A stretch of 64,000 bases of DNA, taken from positions 4,768,001-4,832,000 of the forward strand of contig OZ244042.1 of assembly GCA_965215015.1 (NCBI GenBank), written 5' to 3'. The DNA comes from Candidatus Poribacteria bacterium (lineage in GTDB: Bacteria > Poribacteria > WGA-4E > PCPOR2b). Positions 10,322 to 20,862 of the stretch are shown in pieces. How positions within the stretch are numbered: the stretch's first letter is position 1; the number at the start of each line of letters is the position of its first letter. Below the pieces are notes generated by a model that had not been told where the DNA came from, did no database searches, and saw nothing but the letters and a program-made list of their open reading frames with translations. Made by a program: the position numbers and the translations under genes.

Positions 10322-10994
10322 CCTTATCCGTGCTGTTGACCTATGTAAGTCTTACTACGATGGCTTAACAGAGCTTCCCGTACTTAAAGGAATCGATTTG
10401 GGGGTCAGAAAGGCGGAGATTGTAGCAATTGTCGGGGCTTCCGGTGTCGGGAAAAGTACGTTGCTTCACCTGCTTGGCGGGTTGGATCGACCGACGGAGG
10501 GAACAATCTTCTATGAAGGAGAGGACATCTTCGCGTTGAGCGATCAGGCATTAGATCAATTTCGCAACGAAGAGATTGGCTTTGTTTTTCAGTTTCATTA
10601 CCTCCTACCAGAGTTTACTGCGCTTGAAAACGTTGCAATGCCGGGGTTGATTGCTCGACAAAAATCGGATGTCGCGCAGAATCGAGCCAAAGAGTTGCTA
10701 GCCTATGTCGGTTTAGGGGAGCGATTGGAGCATCGCCCGTCTGAGCTTTCTGGTGGCGAACGGCAACGTGTTGCCATAGCGCGTGCGCTAGTCAATCAGC
10801 CAAAGGTTGTGCTGGCGGATGAGCCGACAGGTAATCTTGACCAAAAAACGAGTGAAGCGGTGCACGATCTACTTTGGACACTCAATGACCAATTCAGCCA
10901 GACGTTTATCATCGTGACACATAACCAGACGCTCGCCCAACGTGCTGACCGGTTGATTCAGCTCGTGGATGGTCAGGCGTTTGAGCAAGTATAA
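10314..10994 (+). CDS. lolD: Lipoprotein-releasing ABC transporter ATPase
   Basis: GASGVGKST, GFVFQFHYLL, LSGGERQR, ADEPTGNLD. Confidence 0.92.
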   Translation: MNNLIRAVDLCKSYYDGLTELPVLKGIDLGVRKAEIVAIVGASGVGKSTLLHLLGGLDRPTEGTIFYEGEDIFALSDQALDQFRNEEIGFVFQFHYLLPEFTALENVAMPGLIARQKSDVAQNRAKELLAYVGLGERLEHRPSELSGGERQRVAIARALVNQPKVVLADEPTGNLDQKTSEAVHDLLWTLNDQFSQTFIIVTHNQTLAQRADRLIQLVDGQAFEQV

Positions 10995-11062
10995 CTGTTA
11001 AGCTGCTAAATATGTGATGTGCAATACACGATTCGGCGATTCGCAGATTCGAGGAAAACGCT

Positions 11063-11948
11063 ATGTTGATTTATATTGATGGGGAATTTCTTCCGAAGGA
11101 AGAAGCAAAGATTTCTGTTTTTGATCACGGTCTACTCTACGGAGACGGGGTCTTTGAGGGCATCCGATCTTACAAGGGACGGGTCTTCAGGCTCGACGAG
11201 CACCTACAACGTCTCTACGATTCGGCAAAAGCCATTATGCTCGAAATCCCTATCTCCATTGAGAATATGGAAGAAGCGGTATTGAAGACACTCCGCCGGA
11301 ATCAGCTTCATGATGCCTATATTCGTTTGGTGGTGACTCGCGGTGTCGGCGACCTCGGCTTAGATCCGGATAAGTGCCCCGTACCGACCATTGTTATCAT
11401 CACAGATAAGATTACACTCTATCCTCCGAATTTCTACGAAGAGGGCTTGGAAATCGTCACAGTTTCCGTGCGCCGGAACTACGCGGAAGCGATTAGTCCT
11501 CGCATCAAATCGTTAAACTATCTCAACAATATCTTGGCAAAGATAGAAGGCAAACAGGCGGGCGTCGAAGAGGTGCTCATGCTGAATGCGGAAGGATATG
11601 TTGTCGAATGCAGCGGAGACAATATCTTTTTTGTTAAAGATAATGTGATTGTTACCCCCCCCCCCCCATCTCGGCATTTTGGAAGGAGTTACCCGCAATA
11701 CAGTTATCGACTTGGCACGCGAATTGGACATCACCGTCGAAGAAAAGGTGTTTACACGACACGACCTGTATACCGCCGAAGAATGCTTCCTTACGGGAAC
11801 TGCTGCAGAAGTCATTCCTGTTGTTAAAATAGACCAGCGCATCGTTGGGAATGGACATCCCGGCATCGTTACCCAAAAATTGATCGAAGAGTTTCACCAT
11901 ATTACGAATGTATTGGGAACCCCCATTTACCCTGTAAACGTCAGATAA
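11063..11948 (+). pseudogene. ilvE: Branched-chain amino acid aminotransferase, frameshifted in a C13 homopolymer (11655-11667); may be a sequencing error
   Basis: [19 protein letters not shown] in first frame; [18 protein letters not shown] in second frame; removing one C restores a single ORF. Confidence 0.85.
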
Positions 11949-11981
11949 TTCGTACCACTAACACAATAGAGGAGATAAAAA

Positions 11982-14336
11982 ATGAAAGTGATATGCTGGC
12001 GGATCAGTTTATTAGCCGGATTGATATTCCTCACTCTATCCACAATTCCTGCTGCCGCCGATGAAGAACCGAAGGCGACAACTACTGACGAGACTTTAAC
12101 TGTAAAAGAGATTGAGTTCCAAGGAATAATGGAGGACTCAGAAGGTTTGATTAGTAGTATCATACAAACCCAAGTCGGCAAAGAGATTTCCCCTTACCTG
12201 TTATCGAAGGATATCAAAAACCTTTATAAAGATACTGGTTTTTTCGAGGAGATTGCCGTTGATGTCGACCCCGCTGAAGGGAGCGGATTAAAGGTTACAT
12301 ATCGAATGATCCCAAACCCGAAGATTGAAGGGAATATCAACATTATCGGCAATGAAGAATTGAAGTACAAAAAAATAAGAGCGGCAATTACTCTCAAACC
12401 GGGAGAACTTTACAACGACCGGCGACTCTGGGAAAGCAAGCAGAATATCCTGAAAACCTATAAAGAGGCGGGGTATTATTTGGCACAGGTGCAAACGGTT
12501 ACAGATATCGACCCAGACACGAACACAATAGCCGTTACATTTGAGATTACCGAAGGGCAACGGATTAAAGTCCAAGAAATCAATTTCATCGGTAATGATA
12601 ATATCACACCAAAATCATTGAGCAAGCAGATTAAAACGCGCACAGGAAAGCATTTCGATGAGAATTTCTTTGAGGAAGATTTGACCACTTTAATTCGATA
12701 CTACCAAGACGCGGGATTCAATCAAGCACGAATTTCTAAACATGAAAAACGATTTTCTGATGATAAAACAGAACTGATGCTCGACATCACTATTGATGAG
12801 GGGCCTCAGTTTATTATTGGAAAGTATACGGTCGAACTCATGCAATCCGAAAAACCCGCGTTTTCCGAAGAAAAGGTGCGTGATATGTTGAGCCCCGCTG
12901 AAGGAGAAATTTTTAATCGCGGAGAGTTTGAGGAGACACTCAGGGAGATTGAGGGGGCATACCAAAACAAAGGATACCTGCTGTCACGAGTGGATGCGGA
13001 TCCCAATTTTGATGAAGTCAACGGTATTGTCGATTTGACGCTAAACATCACCGAAGGCGATGTCATCATCATCGGCACCGTGCATATCAACGGTTTAGAA
13101 AAAACAAAGGACAATGTTATCCGCCGCGAGCTGGACCAATTAGATATTAAGCCCGGGGAATTTTACGACGTGCAAGCCCTGCGAAAAGCACGGCAGCGAA
13201 TCTTTCGGATGGGATCTTTCGTTCGGAACGTTGAGTTCGTTCCGAGTCAGTCCGAAGGTGCTATCCGAGATTTGATTGTCACTCTCACCGAAACACCACG
13301 TACCGGTCTGCTCAGTCTTGGAGGGGGCTACGGCACAGAAGGGGGCATCTTCGGTGTGGCGCAGATTGGTGAAAATAATCTCTGGGGACGCGCCTATCGG
13401 GTGCATCTGAAAGGTGAGTTGGGCAGGCGAGAGCACCATACGGGCGAGCTTCGCTTCAGCACCCCTTGGATTTTGGGCACACCGACGCGCCTCAGCACTA
13501 GCCTATACAACACCCAGCGTTCGTATCGATACCCTTCTAGCTACTCTCAACTTAGCAATTATGCAGATTACGATAGATATAGCTACAAACGTGTTGGTGG
13601 TTCTTTAACGTTTGGACGCCCCCTATCCAAAGATATGGATTTATCAATTCGCCTAAAAAATGAATCTGTTGATGCAGATCGCATTGCTGTGGACGGCGAG
13701 GAAAGAAATATCCGAGACCGTCTCACCCGCAGTATCACTTTCAACCTGTCCAGGGACACACGCGACTATCAGAGAAGCCTTCATGAACCTGTCTCCGGCT
13801 CGCTCAACACGCTTTCTTATGAATATGCCGGTGGATTCTTCGGTGCGGATAACAAGTTTCAGAGGTATACTGCGGATTCAAGTTGGTTCTTCACCGGTTG
13901 GTTTAACCATGTCCTAGCGAGCCATATACGAGGTTCATACCTGAATAGCAAAAGCTCCGATTGGGAATATCTTTTCTATGAGCGTTACCGGCTTGGAGGC
14001 ATCGACACGGTCCGCGGTTATGAGGATTATGAGATTTTTCCCATCAACGCAAACGGCACTATTAATTATAATGGGGGTAACAAGGTCCTCTATGCAAATT
14101 TGGAATATCGGATTCCATTTGCAAACCAGTTGACCGGCGTTGTCTTTTTTGATGTAGGACAGGTGTGGGATGAAAGCGTCACCAACATCTTCAGAGATTT
14201 TAATTTTAAGAAAGGCGCGGGCGTCGGTATCCGCTTTGATCTGATGGGCATGTTGGTACGTTTTGAAACCGGCTACGGGTTTGATCGAATTGAACCCGAA
14301 TGGAAATTTCACATCACAGTTGGTCCCGGCTTTTAG
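11982..14336 (+). CDS. bamA: Outer membrane protein assembly factor BamA
   Basis: Signal peptide, POTRA repeats (GLEKTKDNVIRRE), LGGIDTVRGY motif, terminal F. Confidence 0.93.
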   Translation: MKVICWRISLLAGLIFLTLSTIPAAADEEPKATTTDETLTVKEIEFQGIMEDSEGLISSIIQTQVGKEISPYLLSKDIKNLYKDTGFFEEIAVDVDPAEGSGLKVTYRMIPNPKIEGNINIIGNEELKYKKIRAAITLKPGELYNDRRLWESKQNILKTYKEAGYYLAQVQTVTDIDPDTNTIAVTFEITEGQRIKVQEINFIGNDNITPKSLSKQIKTRTGKHFDENFFEEDLTTLIRYYQDAGFNQARISKHEKRFSDDKTELMLDITIDEGPQFIIGKYTVELMQSEKPAFSEEKVRDMLSPAEGEIFNRGEFEETLREIEGAYQNKGYLLSRVDADPNFDEVNGIVDLTLNITEGDVIIIGTVHINGLEKTKDNVIRRELDQLDIKPGEFYDVQALRKARQRIFRMGSFVRNVEFVPSQSEGAIRDLIVTLTETPRTGLLSLGGGYGTEGGIFGVAQIGENNLWGRAYRVHLKGELGRREHHTGELRFSTPWILGTPTRLSTSLYNTQRSYRYPSSYSQLSNYADYDRYSYKRVGGSLTFGRPLSKDMDLSIRLKNESVDADRIAVDGEERNIRDRLTRSITFNLSRDTRDYQRSLHEPVSGSLNTLSYEYAGGFFGADNKFQRYTADSSWFFTGWFNHVLASHIRGSYLNSKSSDWEYLFYERYRLGGIDTVRGYEDYEIFPINANGTINYNGGNKVLYANLEYRIPFANQLTGVVFFDVGQVWDESVTNIFRDFNFKKGAGVGIRFDLMGMLVRFETGYGFDRIEPEWKFHITVGPGF

Positions 14337-14414
14337 CGGAAATGAAGTATTAAGGGCCCCTAAAATAGCAACGATCCCACGAACAAATTCGGGGATCCAC
14401 AACACGGAGGTTTT

Positions 14415-15026
14415 ATGAATCGAGTTTTGAAGTTATGCCTAGGATTCAGTGTAATCCTATTCGGATCCTTTAATCTGGGTTTCGGTGCCGCGGCAGAAAA
14501 CGGTCTCAAGTTAGGCGTTGTTGACACACAAAGGGTATATGAAAATTTTACAAAAGCCCAAGAAGCCAATGATATTCTGAAAACTGCCGAAGAGCGCTTG
14601 AGAAATCAACTCAACGATATTCGGCAAGAAATCGACACAATGCAGGAACGTCTGATGAAGCAGAAGCTGTTTCTTGATGCCTCTGAAACTGAGACCTTAC
14701 AAGTCGATATTGGTCGCAAAAGGCAAGAATTTCAGCGCGAACTGGAAATTGGCGAAGAATCGTTCCTAGCGAAACGTGAGGAATTGCTTGCACCGATAAC
14801 ACAGGAGATAGAGACCCTGCTTCAACAAATCGGTGAGAGCGAAGGATACAGTCTTATCCTTGAGAAACGTCTAGGGATATTTTATGTTGATTCAAAGTAC
14901 GATTTGACAGAGAGGGTCATCACGCTACTGAACGCGGCATACGAAAAAGAAAAATCAAAGGACGCTCAACAATCGGCGACTCCCCCTGAAACAGAGACAG
15001 GAAAGGAAGGGGAAAGGAATAATTGA
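14415..15026 (+). CDS. skp: OmpH/Skp periplasmic chaperone
   Basis: KLGVVD..., coiled coil, GYSLILE...DLT; between bamA and lpxD. Confidence 0.85.
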   Translation: MNRVLKLCLGFSVILFGSFNLGFGAAAENGLKLGVVDTQRVYENFTKAQEANDILKTAEERLRNQLNDIRQEIDTMQERLMKQKLFLDASETETLQVDIGRKRQEFQRELEIGEESFLAKREELLAPITQEIETLLQQIGESEGYSLILEKRLGIFYVDSKYDLTERVITLLNAAYEKEKSKDAQQSATPPETETGKEGERNN

Positions 15027-15096
15027 CGGTTGCCCCCTGGCCCCCATGATGAAGATAACCTGCTGATACCACGGGGCGGTCTACCCCCAAGCTATT

Positions 15097-16161
15097 ATGG
15101 TAAAAACACTCAAAGAGATTAACGAATTAATCGATGGGGAGTTGTTAGGCGACGGCGAAATCGAGATTATCGGCGTTTCCGGGATTAAAGAGGCGAGAAA
15201 GCAGGAACTCACGTTTGTTGCTAACTCGAAGTACCTGCGTGAAATAGAACGCACACAGGCTTCTGCGATTATCGTTGGTCAGGACCTCCCCTATAACGGC
15301 ATACCGCTTATTCGCGTCGCTAATCCGTACTTTGCCTTTGTAAAAGTCTTAGAGATGTTTGCATGGCGCAAACGGAAAACAGCGTACGGCATTCATGAAA
15401 CCGCAATTATTGGCGAGCATGTTCAGATCGGCGAGATGGTATCCATTCAAGCTTATACCTATATCGGCGATAATGTCCAAATCGGCGATGGGGCAATTAT
15501 CAGTCCCTTTGTGTACATCGGCGATGATACGAAAATTGGTAATGAAACCCTCATTTACCCCAACGTGACAATCCGTGAGGATGTCGAGATTGGCAATCGA
15601 GTCATCCTTCACAGCGGAGTCGTCATCGGCAGTGATGGCTTCGGTTTCGCTTCCGTCAGCGACCGTCACCACAAAATACCGCAAATCGGTACGGTTATCA
15701 TCGAAGATGATGTCGAAATCGGTGCAAATACAACGGTTGATCGTGCCACGATGACCAACGGCGCAACAATCATCAAACGAGGCACAAAACTCGATAACCT
15801 GATACAGATTGCCCATAATGTGGTGATTGGCGAAGATTGCTGTATTGCCGCCCAAACCGGTATCGCTGGAAGTGCTGAATTGAAAGATCGCGTGACGATG
15901 GCTGGGCACTCTGGAGCTGTGGGGCATATCACCATTGGGGAAGATAGCACCGTTTTTGCTAAATCAGCGGTGACCAAGAATCTCCCCGCGGGGAGTTACG
16001 TATCCGGTTTTCCCGCAGAAAACCACGCACAGCAATTGCGTATCCAAGCCTCTCTACGCCGAATGCCAGAAATGTTGCAAGCGTTCTCGCGGCTCCAAAA
16101 ACGGGTCGCTCAACTGGAAGCGCAACTTGACGCAAGCGGCAAAGAATCGTCCGATTCGTAG
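15097..16161 (+). CDS. lpxD: UDP-3-O-acyl-glucosamine N-acyltransferase
   Basis: Hexapeptide repeats, [23 protein letters not shown]. Confidence 0.95.
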   Translation: MVKTLKEINELIDGELLGDGEIEIIGVSGIKEARKQELTFVANSKYLREIERTQASAIIVGQDLPYNGIPLIRVANPYFAFVKVLEMFAWRKRKTAYGIHETAIIGEHVQIGEMVSIQAYTYIGDNVQIGDGAIISPFVYIGDDTKIGNETLIYPNVTIREDVEIGNRVILHSGVVIGSDGFGFASVSDRHHKIPQIGTVIIEDDVEIGANTTVDRATMTNGATIIKRGTKLDNLIQIAHNVVIGEDCCIAAQTGIAGSAELKDRVTMAGHSGAVGHITIGEDSTVFAKSAVTKNLPAGSYVSGFPAENHAQQLRIQASLRRMPEMLQAFSRLQKRVAQLEAQLDASGKESSDS

Positions 16162-16271
16162 CGTTGCACCCTTACATATCTAATCCACAAGATTAAACAA
16201 AAACAAACTTAAAACGGGTGTCTCCTCCCACGTCTAAGGACCTGGGCATCCACACCCAAAGGAGTTTTTTG

Positions 16272-17249
16272 ATGATAAAATGTGCACTCATCAGTGGCAG
16301 GGGTATGGGCTTGATGCACGGCGGAAACTTCCACGACCATCCCGATGCCGAAGTTGTCGCTGTCTGCGATATGGACCCTGAACTACTCACCGCAGCCAAA
16401 GAAAAGTTTGGTGTCCCCGGATATTCAAGTATTGAAGAACTGCTCACTAACTGTGATGTCGACCTGATGCTCCTGATCGTCAATGAAACCCGGCGTATCC
16501 CGCCGTTGCGCCAGCTTCTCGCAGCAGGTCAGAATGTGTTCACCGAAAAACCCCTCTGCGGTCTAGAAGGTCAGTTTCGTGTCAGAGAGGATGATCTCCC
16601 TATCGCAGCAGCGGCAATCTCCGAATGGCGAGATTCGGGGCTAAAATTCGGTATCGACTTCAATTACCGTTTCATGACCCACTTCCGAAAACTGCACGAT
16701 GATACCGTCGAAGGGCGATTAGGGGAGATACGGATGGTGCGTGCCCGGGCACATTTCAACTGCTGGTCGCATGTTATTGATCAAATCCTCTGGAATATGG
16801 GACGCCCCGAATGGGTCAGCGTCATGGGCGATCCAAGTCAAGAGGGTGGCTGGCAGCGCATGATTCAGATGGAGTGGGCAAACGGTGCGATTGGTTCACT
16901 GGCTGGAAGCAACCTATGGGGGTACGACGACCATCCACTGCGCGTCATGATTGTCGGCGACGAACGCTACGCCGAGGCCCGCGGTTTAGAGGGGTGGTAT
17001 CGGCGGCGCGAAGCCAATACTTCTGAAGATGAAGAACTTTGGGAATCCGAGGAGGGAGATAGTTATCAAACATCCTTCTCGCGTATGGCTGACGGCGTGG
17101 TCAAAGCTATGCACGCAAACGAATCGTTCCCGGCAGATGGAGAAGCTGCATGGAATGAACTGATATTCGAGGGCGCAGTCCATCGGTCAGCATTGAACAA
17201 CGGCGAGCGGGTGTGGTTGGCTGACGTGGAAAAAGCGGCAATGGGTTAA
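16272..17249 (+). CDS. Gfo/Idh/MocA family oxidoreductase
   Basis: VVAVCD, FTEKP, FNYRF, SHVID; AAGGAG RBS before ATG 16272. Confidence 0.82.
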   Translation: MIKCALISGRGMGLMHGGNFHDHPDAEVVAVCDMDPELLTAAKEKFGVPGYSSIEELLTNCDVDLMLLIVNETRRIPPLRQLLAAGQNVFTEKPLCGLEGQFRVREDDLPIAAAAISEWRDSGLKFGIDFNYRFMTHFRKLHDDTVEGRLGEIRMVRARAHFNCWSHVIDQILWNMGRPEWVSVMGDPSQEGGWQRMIQMEWANGAIGSLAGSNLWGYDDHPLRVMIVGDERYAEARGLEGWYRRREANTSEDEELWESEEGDSYQTSFSRMADGVVKAMHANESFPADGEAAWNELIFEGAVHRSALNNGERVWLADVEKAAMG

Positions 17250-17451
17250 ATAATAACGCAAGGCCCTAGTAGTAGGCATACTCGGTCCCGAAGAATCAGG
17301 ATTCAAAGCAATATGCCGCAACCCTTGTGCAAATCTACCCGTAGGTGGGATCTTGCCCGATCCCAACGATCCAAATCGTGGCGCAGGTTTCCTAACCTGT
17401 AATAGTCCCGATTTGATCAGGAGAACCGACCTGTGATTACTTCTCCTTGCT

Positions 17452-18567
17452 TTATCCCCCGTCCAACTGCTTGATGAGCGGATGACGGCGGTCCTCCAAC
17501 GGCAGGTAGGCTCTCGCCTTGGTAAAATGGGACTCATAGACAGCACTGACGCACTCCAAAGAGGTCAGTGCTTTGGAACCACCGAGCTCCGGCTGCCGGT
17601 GTTCGCGGATCGCGTTTACCATGTCCTGTACACTCCAAATCGAATGCCTACCCGACCACGGGCGACCGTCAATGACAAAGACTTCTTGGGGAAGTAGAAT
17701 ACGCTCCCATTGGGGAGTATGCGCAGCAAATGAAACGTCAAAGGGGCAATGCCACATCTCATCTACCCCAGTTTGAGGATTCGGCTTAATCATCAGTTGT
17801 CCCTGACTCCCTAAAATGTGGGGCCCCATCATCCAACCTTGTAACGGGTCCCGGCGATAGAGTTCAACTAAACCACTCGCACCCCGCTTCCCACCGAGAT
17901 GAATCGTCATTATATCGCCTGCCACCATTCCGTTGTCGCGCCGATCTGTTTTGCAGAGCTTGCTACTGTGCATGATGTCCTCAACACCGACGGCGTGTCC
18001 CCTATAGGTAGCCTGTGCGTGAACCCACTCAATACCGTCCATGAAGAAATCCATCTCGTCAAAGTAATGGACACCCATCTCCATCAGCTCAAATCCGGCT
18101 TCACGCCCCTTGCCCACCTCACGAATGGAACGAAATTCGCCAATCCGCCCCGATTCAATCCACTCCTTCGCATGACGGAATAGCGGCGTGAATCGATATT
18201 GATGACTAACCGCCAGCCGCACCTCTGCTTGTTTACAAGCCGCAACCATCTGATCGGCACTTTCGAGATCGGTGGAAAGCGGTTTTTCACTTAGGACATT
18301 TATACCAGCCGTCGCAGCAGCAATCGCAATCGGCGCGTGCAACGGCGCATGGGTGCAAACACTGACAACATCCAGCGTTTCCTTCTCAAACATTTCGAGG
18401 AAGTCGGTGTAGCGGTTGGACACCCCATACTCGTCCGCCCTTGCATTGAGTGCCGCGGGCTGAATATCGCACAGGGCGACAAGCTCCACCCCTTTCAGAT
18501 TTGCGTATGCGGTTGCATGACTCCGGCTGATTCCACCGCAGCCAACAATTCCAGCGCGTAACGTCAT
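17452..18567 (-). CDS. Gfo/Idh/MocA family oxidoreductase
   Basis: GIVGCGGIS, SEKP, HQYRF, GVHYFD; start chosen at MTLRAG after GGAAGG. Confidence 0.88.
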   Translation of the reverse strand: MTLRAGIVGCGGISRSHATAYANLKGVELVALCDIQPAALNARADEYGVSNRYTDFLEMFEKETLDVVSVCTHAPLHAPIAIAAATAGINVLSEKPLSTDLESADQMVAACKQAEVRLAVSHQYRFTPLFRHAKEWIESGRIGEFRSIREVGKGREAGFELMEMGVHYFDEMDFFMDGIEWVHAQATYRGHAVGVEDIMHSSKLCKTDRRDNGMVAGDIMTIHLGGKRGASGLVELYRRDPLQGWMMGPHILGSQGQLMIKPNPQTGVDEMWHCPFDVSFAAHTPQWERILLPQEVFVIDGRPWSGRHSIWSVQDMVNAIREHRQPELGGSKALTSLECVSAVYESHFTKARAYLPLEDRRHPLIKQLDGG

Positions 18568-18616
18568 GGATATACCTTCCTTTTCATTTTCGATGGATGT
18601 AATTGAAAAATTCTGT

Positions 18617-18949
18617 CTACGGTTGCGCTGATTCCGGCCCTTCAACGGTTATATTTGTCACAACATTGCGCGGTGGGGTTGCGCTGCGACTCGGAAAATC
18701 TTTAATGGTTTCATTGATGAGAGTTTTAATCATTGCCTTGGTACTTTCAAAAGGAATGCACTCCAAAACGATAAGCGATTGTTCAGGACTGAGCGGCTGC
18801 TCGTAACGCAATCCGTATTGAATCCCCATCTGTTTCAGTTCAGGCTCGACGCGCATCGAAATAAGCTTCTGTTCCTGGAGAGTAACCAACGCACTATCAA
18901 CGAAAAAATGGGTGTGAATCCACGCCTCCCTTTCATCAATAATCTTCAT
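18617..18949 (-). CDS. Hypothetical protein (110 aa)
   Basis: Co-oriented ORF between two genes, protein-like composition, no recognisable motif. Confidence 0.55.
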   Translation of the reverse strand: MKIIDEREAWIHTHFFVDSALVTLQEQKLISMRVEPELKQMGIQYGLRYEQPLSPEQSLIVLECIPFESTKAMIKTLINETIKDFPSRSATPPRNVVTNITVEGPESAQP

Positions 18950-19034
18950 AGATTTTTTCCTTTCTTAATACTACCCCACAGATTGGATCGGAGCGAATCC
19001 AATTCTCAGCCACAAACTATCATCAGGAAATATC

Positions 19035-20444
19035 TCAATCCCCGAAAACCTCATAAAGTACCTCGGAGGCTGCATCAACTACCATCTCCAGTGCCTCCGG
19101 TTCCAGCTTTGCCCAAAATCGCGTCTCGACCTCATGTCCACCGCGGGGGAAAGCATCGCGGATAGGAAGGTAACCGACATAGTGACTTGTGCAATGCGCG
19201 ATATACGTTGGATAGGTCGGGGAAGCCATCTTAATCTGCAACTGTCCTTCGACAAACGGCTCGCCCGGCAGCCCGATAAACCCCGTTTTTCCGACACGAA
19301 ACACCTGAATCTCGTAATCCAGTTCCGGTGCCCGCTCCTTTCGGAGATGGACACTCAGGATGGAAGCCGCTTTTATCCACTCAGGATCAATCTGCTTCGG
19401 ATTATCCTCCAGCCATTTTGGCTCTGGCTGCCGCTCCAAAATCTCCCGTGACTGTCTGAGCAACTCAGGTTCAACGTCCCGAATGGGTAACTTCACGTGG
19501 CGCAGCTTCCAATCTATGGACAAATCTTCTTCGTAGGGTAACGTTTCAATCACCGCCTGAGTTGTTTCAGCGAGAAGTTTTCCCATATGTCGGTGGTCGG
19601 GGACGTAGTCTGGATCGAACGGATTCCACGGATTGATGTTACCGCAGCAGCCGTTGAGGACGAGGGGCACACAACTGCTGCCGAAAGTTTCGCGCATCGC
19701 GTCCGACCATGCCCCAGGCCAGTCCGCGGAGACAATTGGTCTCGGAAAGATATTCACCGGATGGCAGGTGTGATGCAGCAGCATAGCAAGCATCTCCACC
19801 GAATCCGTTTGAAGGCACATCACCCCGACCTCCGGATCGGTAGGTCCCTCCATATAACGAATATAAGCGGGTCCCAAGGGTTCCTGCCATTTTGGGCCCG
19901 GCATACGCACCTTGTCGTCATTCAGGATTGCCCTTCGGTTAAAGGCAACCCGCCCTTCGACCCCGCTGCCGACCCGAAGCTGAACCGGCTGCAAAGAATC
20001 ATTTGCCTGTTTAATAACCTCAACGATACGTTCAAATGCAAAATCAAAGTACCGTGGATCACCACCACGCAGCCATTCCATCTCCGGCGGTGTCCCTTGA
20101 AAGCTCTCATCAAACATAAAATGTCCCAGAGATGGTGCTGAATGCGTCTGGGTCACATGTACCATGACAGCTTCCGGGTCAAGTCCACACTCCTCTGCAA
20201 CCGCCTGGCGGATTTTTACTGTCCAATCCTCGGTAATGATGGTGAGGTCCAAACTCACAAAGCAGATTTTCTTCTCACCGTTTTCCAATACCAGTGCCCT
20301 AGCGTAAAGCGGGTCGTAAATGTACTGAGCAGACCGAAATTGTCCAACGGCTCCGGCAAGATGAATATCGGTTTGTGGGGTTATGTCGATTTGGGCTGCA
20401 CCAGCGTGAAGGCGGTTGGATGTGGTTGGGCTTTGGTGTGCCAT
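19035..20444 (-). CDS. Neutral/alkaline ceramidase-like hydrolase
   Basis: AGAAQIDITP, DPLYARALVL, THSAP, SADWPG, GCCGNINP, LPGEPF, GYLP. Confidence 0.8.
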   Translation of the reverse strand: MAHQSPTTSNRLHAGAAQIDITPQTDIHLAGAVGQFRSAQYIYDPLYARALVLENGEKKICFVSLDLTIITEDWTVKIRQAVAEECGLDPEAVMVHVTQTHSAPSLGHFMFDESFQGTPPEMEWLRGGDPRYFDFAFERIVEVIKQANDSLQPVQLRVGSGVEGRVAFNRRAILNDDKVRMPGPKWQEPLGPAYIRYMEGPTDPEVGVMCLQTDSVEMLAMLLHHTCHPVNIFPRPIVSADWPGAWSDAMRETFGSSCVPLVLNGCCGNINPWNPFDPDYVPDHRHMGKLLAETTQAVIETLPYEEDLSIDWKLRHVKLPIRDVEPELLRQSREILERQPEPKWLEDNPKQIDPEWIKAASILSVHLRKERAPELDYEIQVFRVGKTGFIGLPGEPFVEGQLQIKMASPTYPTYIAHCTSHYVGYLPIRDAFPRGGHEVETRFWAKLEPEALEMVVDAASEVLYEVFGD

Positions 20445-20567
20445 CGCAGATACGCTCCTCCCTCAAGTTTGCATCGTTAATAATGAACAACTCCGATTAT
20501 ATCATCTCGGCTAAAACAAGAGAAGCAAAATTATCACACCGTCCTGATGCACTTTGAAACGATTTTG

Positions 20568-20630
20568 AACTTCTGTCGGCCAATTTTCCAAAATCGACAA
20601 ACTGTGTCGAGATATGAATCCCGACCTACA
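20568..20630. repeat. Dispersed composite palindromic repeat (other copies at 24878-24998 and inverted at 63270-63340)
   Basis: cttctgtcgg..attttccaaaatcga and gtcgagatatgaatc(c/t)cgacctac blocks recur at three intergenic loci. Confidence 0.75.
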
Positions 20631-20862
20631 CGCTTAGACCAACACCCGTAGGTCGGGGCAGGGCAGCATGTGTGTATCATCGCGTTGACCTACGATAAGT
20701 CAAGAAAACCGCTTAGCTCAAAAATCTTGACGGATTGTATGGTGAATTAGGGTTAGGTCGGTCGTCTATGAATTACGGAAAGTATGAGCAGGTCGGTTTC
20801 ACTCTACCCCTGAAAAAAGGGCAGAGTAAAGTCAGGGAAAATTCCTCACCAATTTGCTATGC

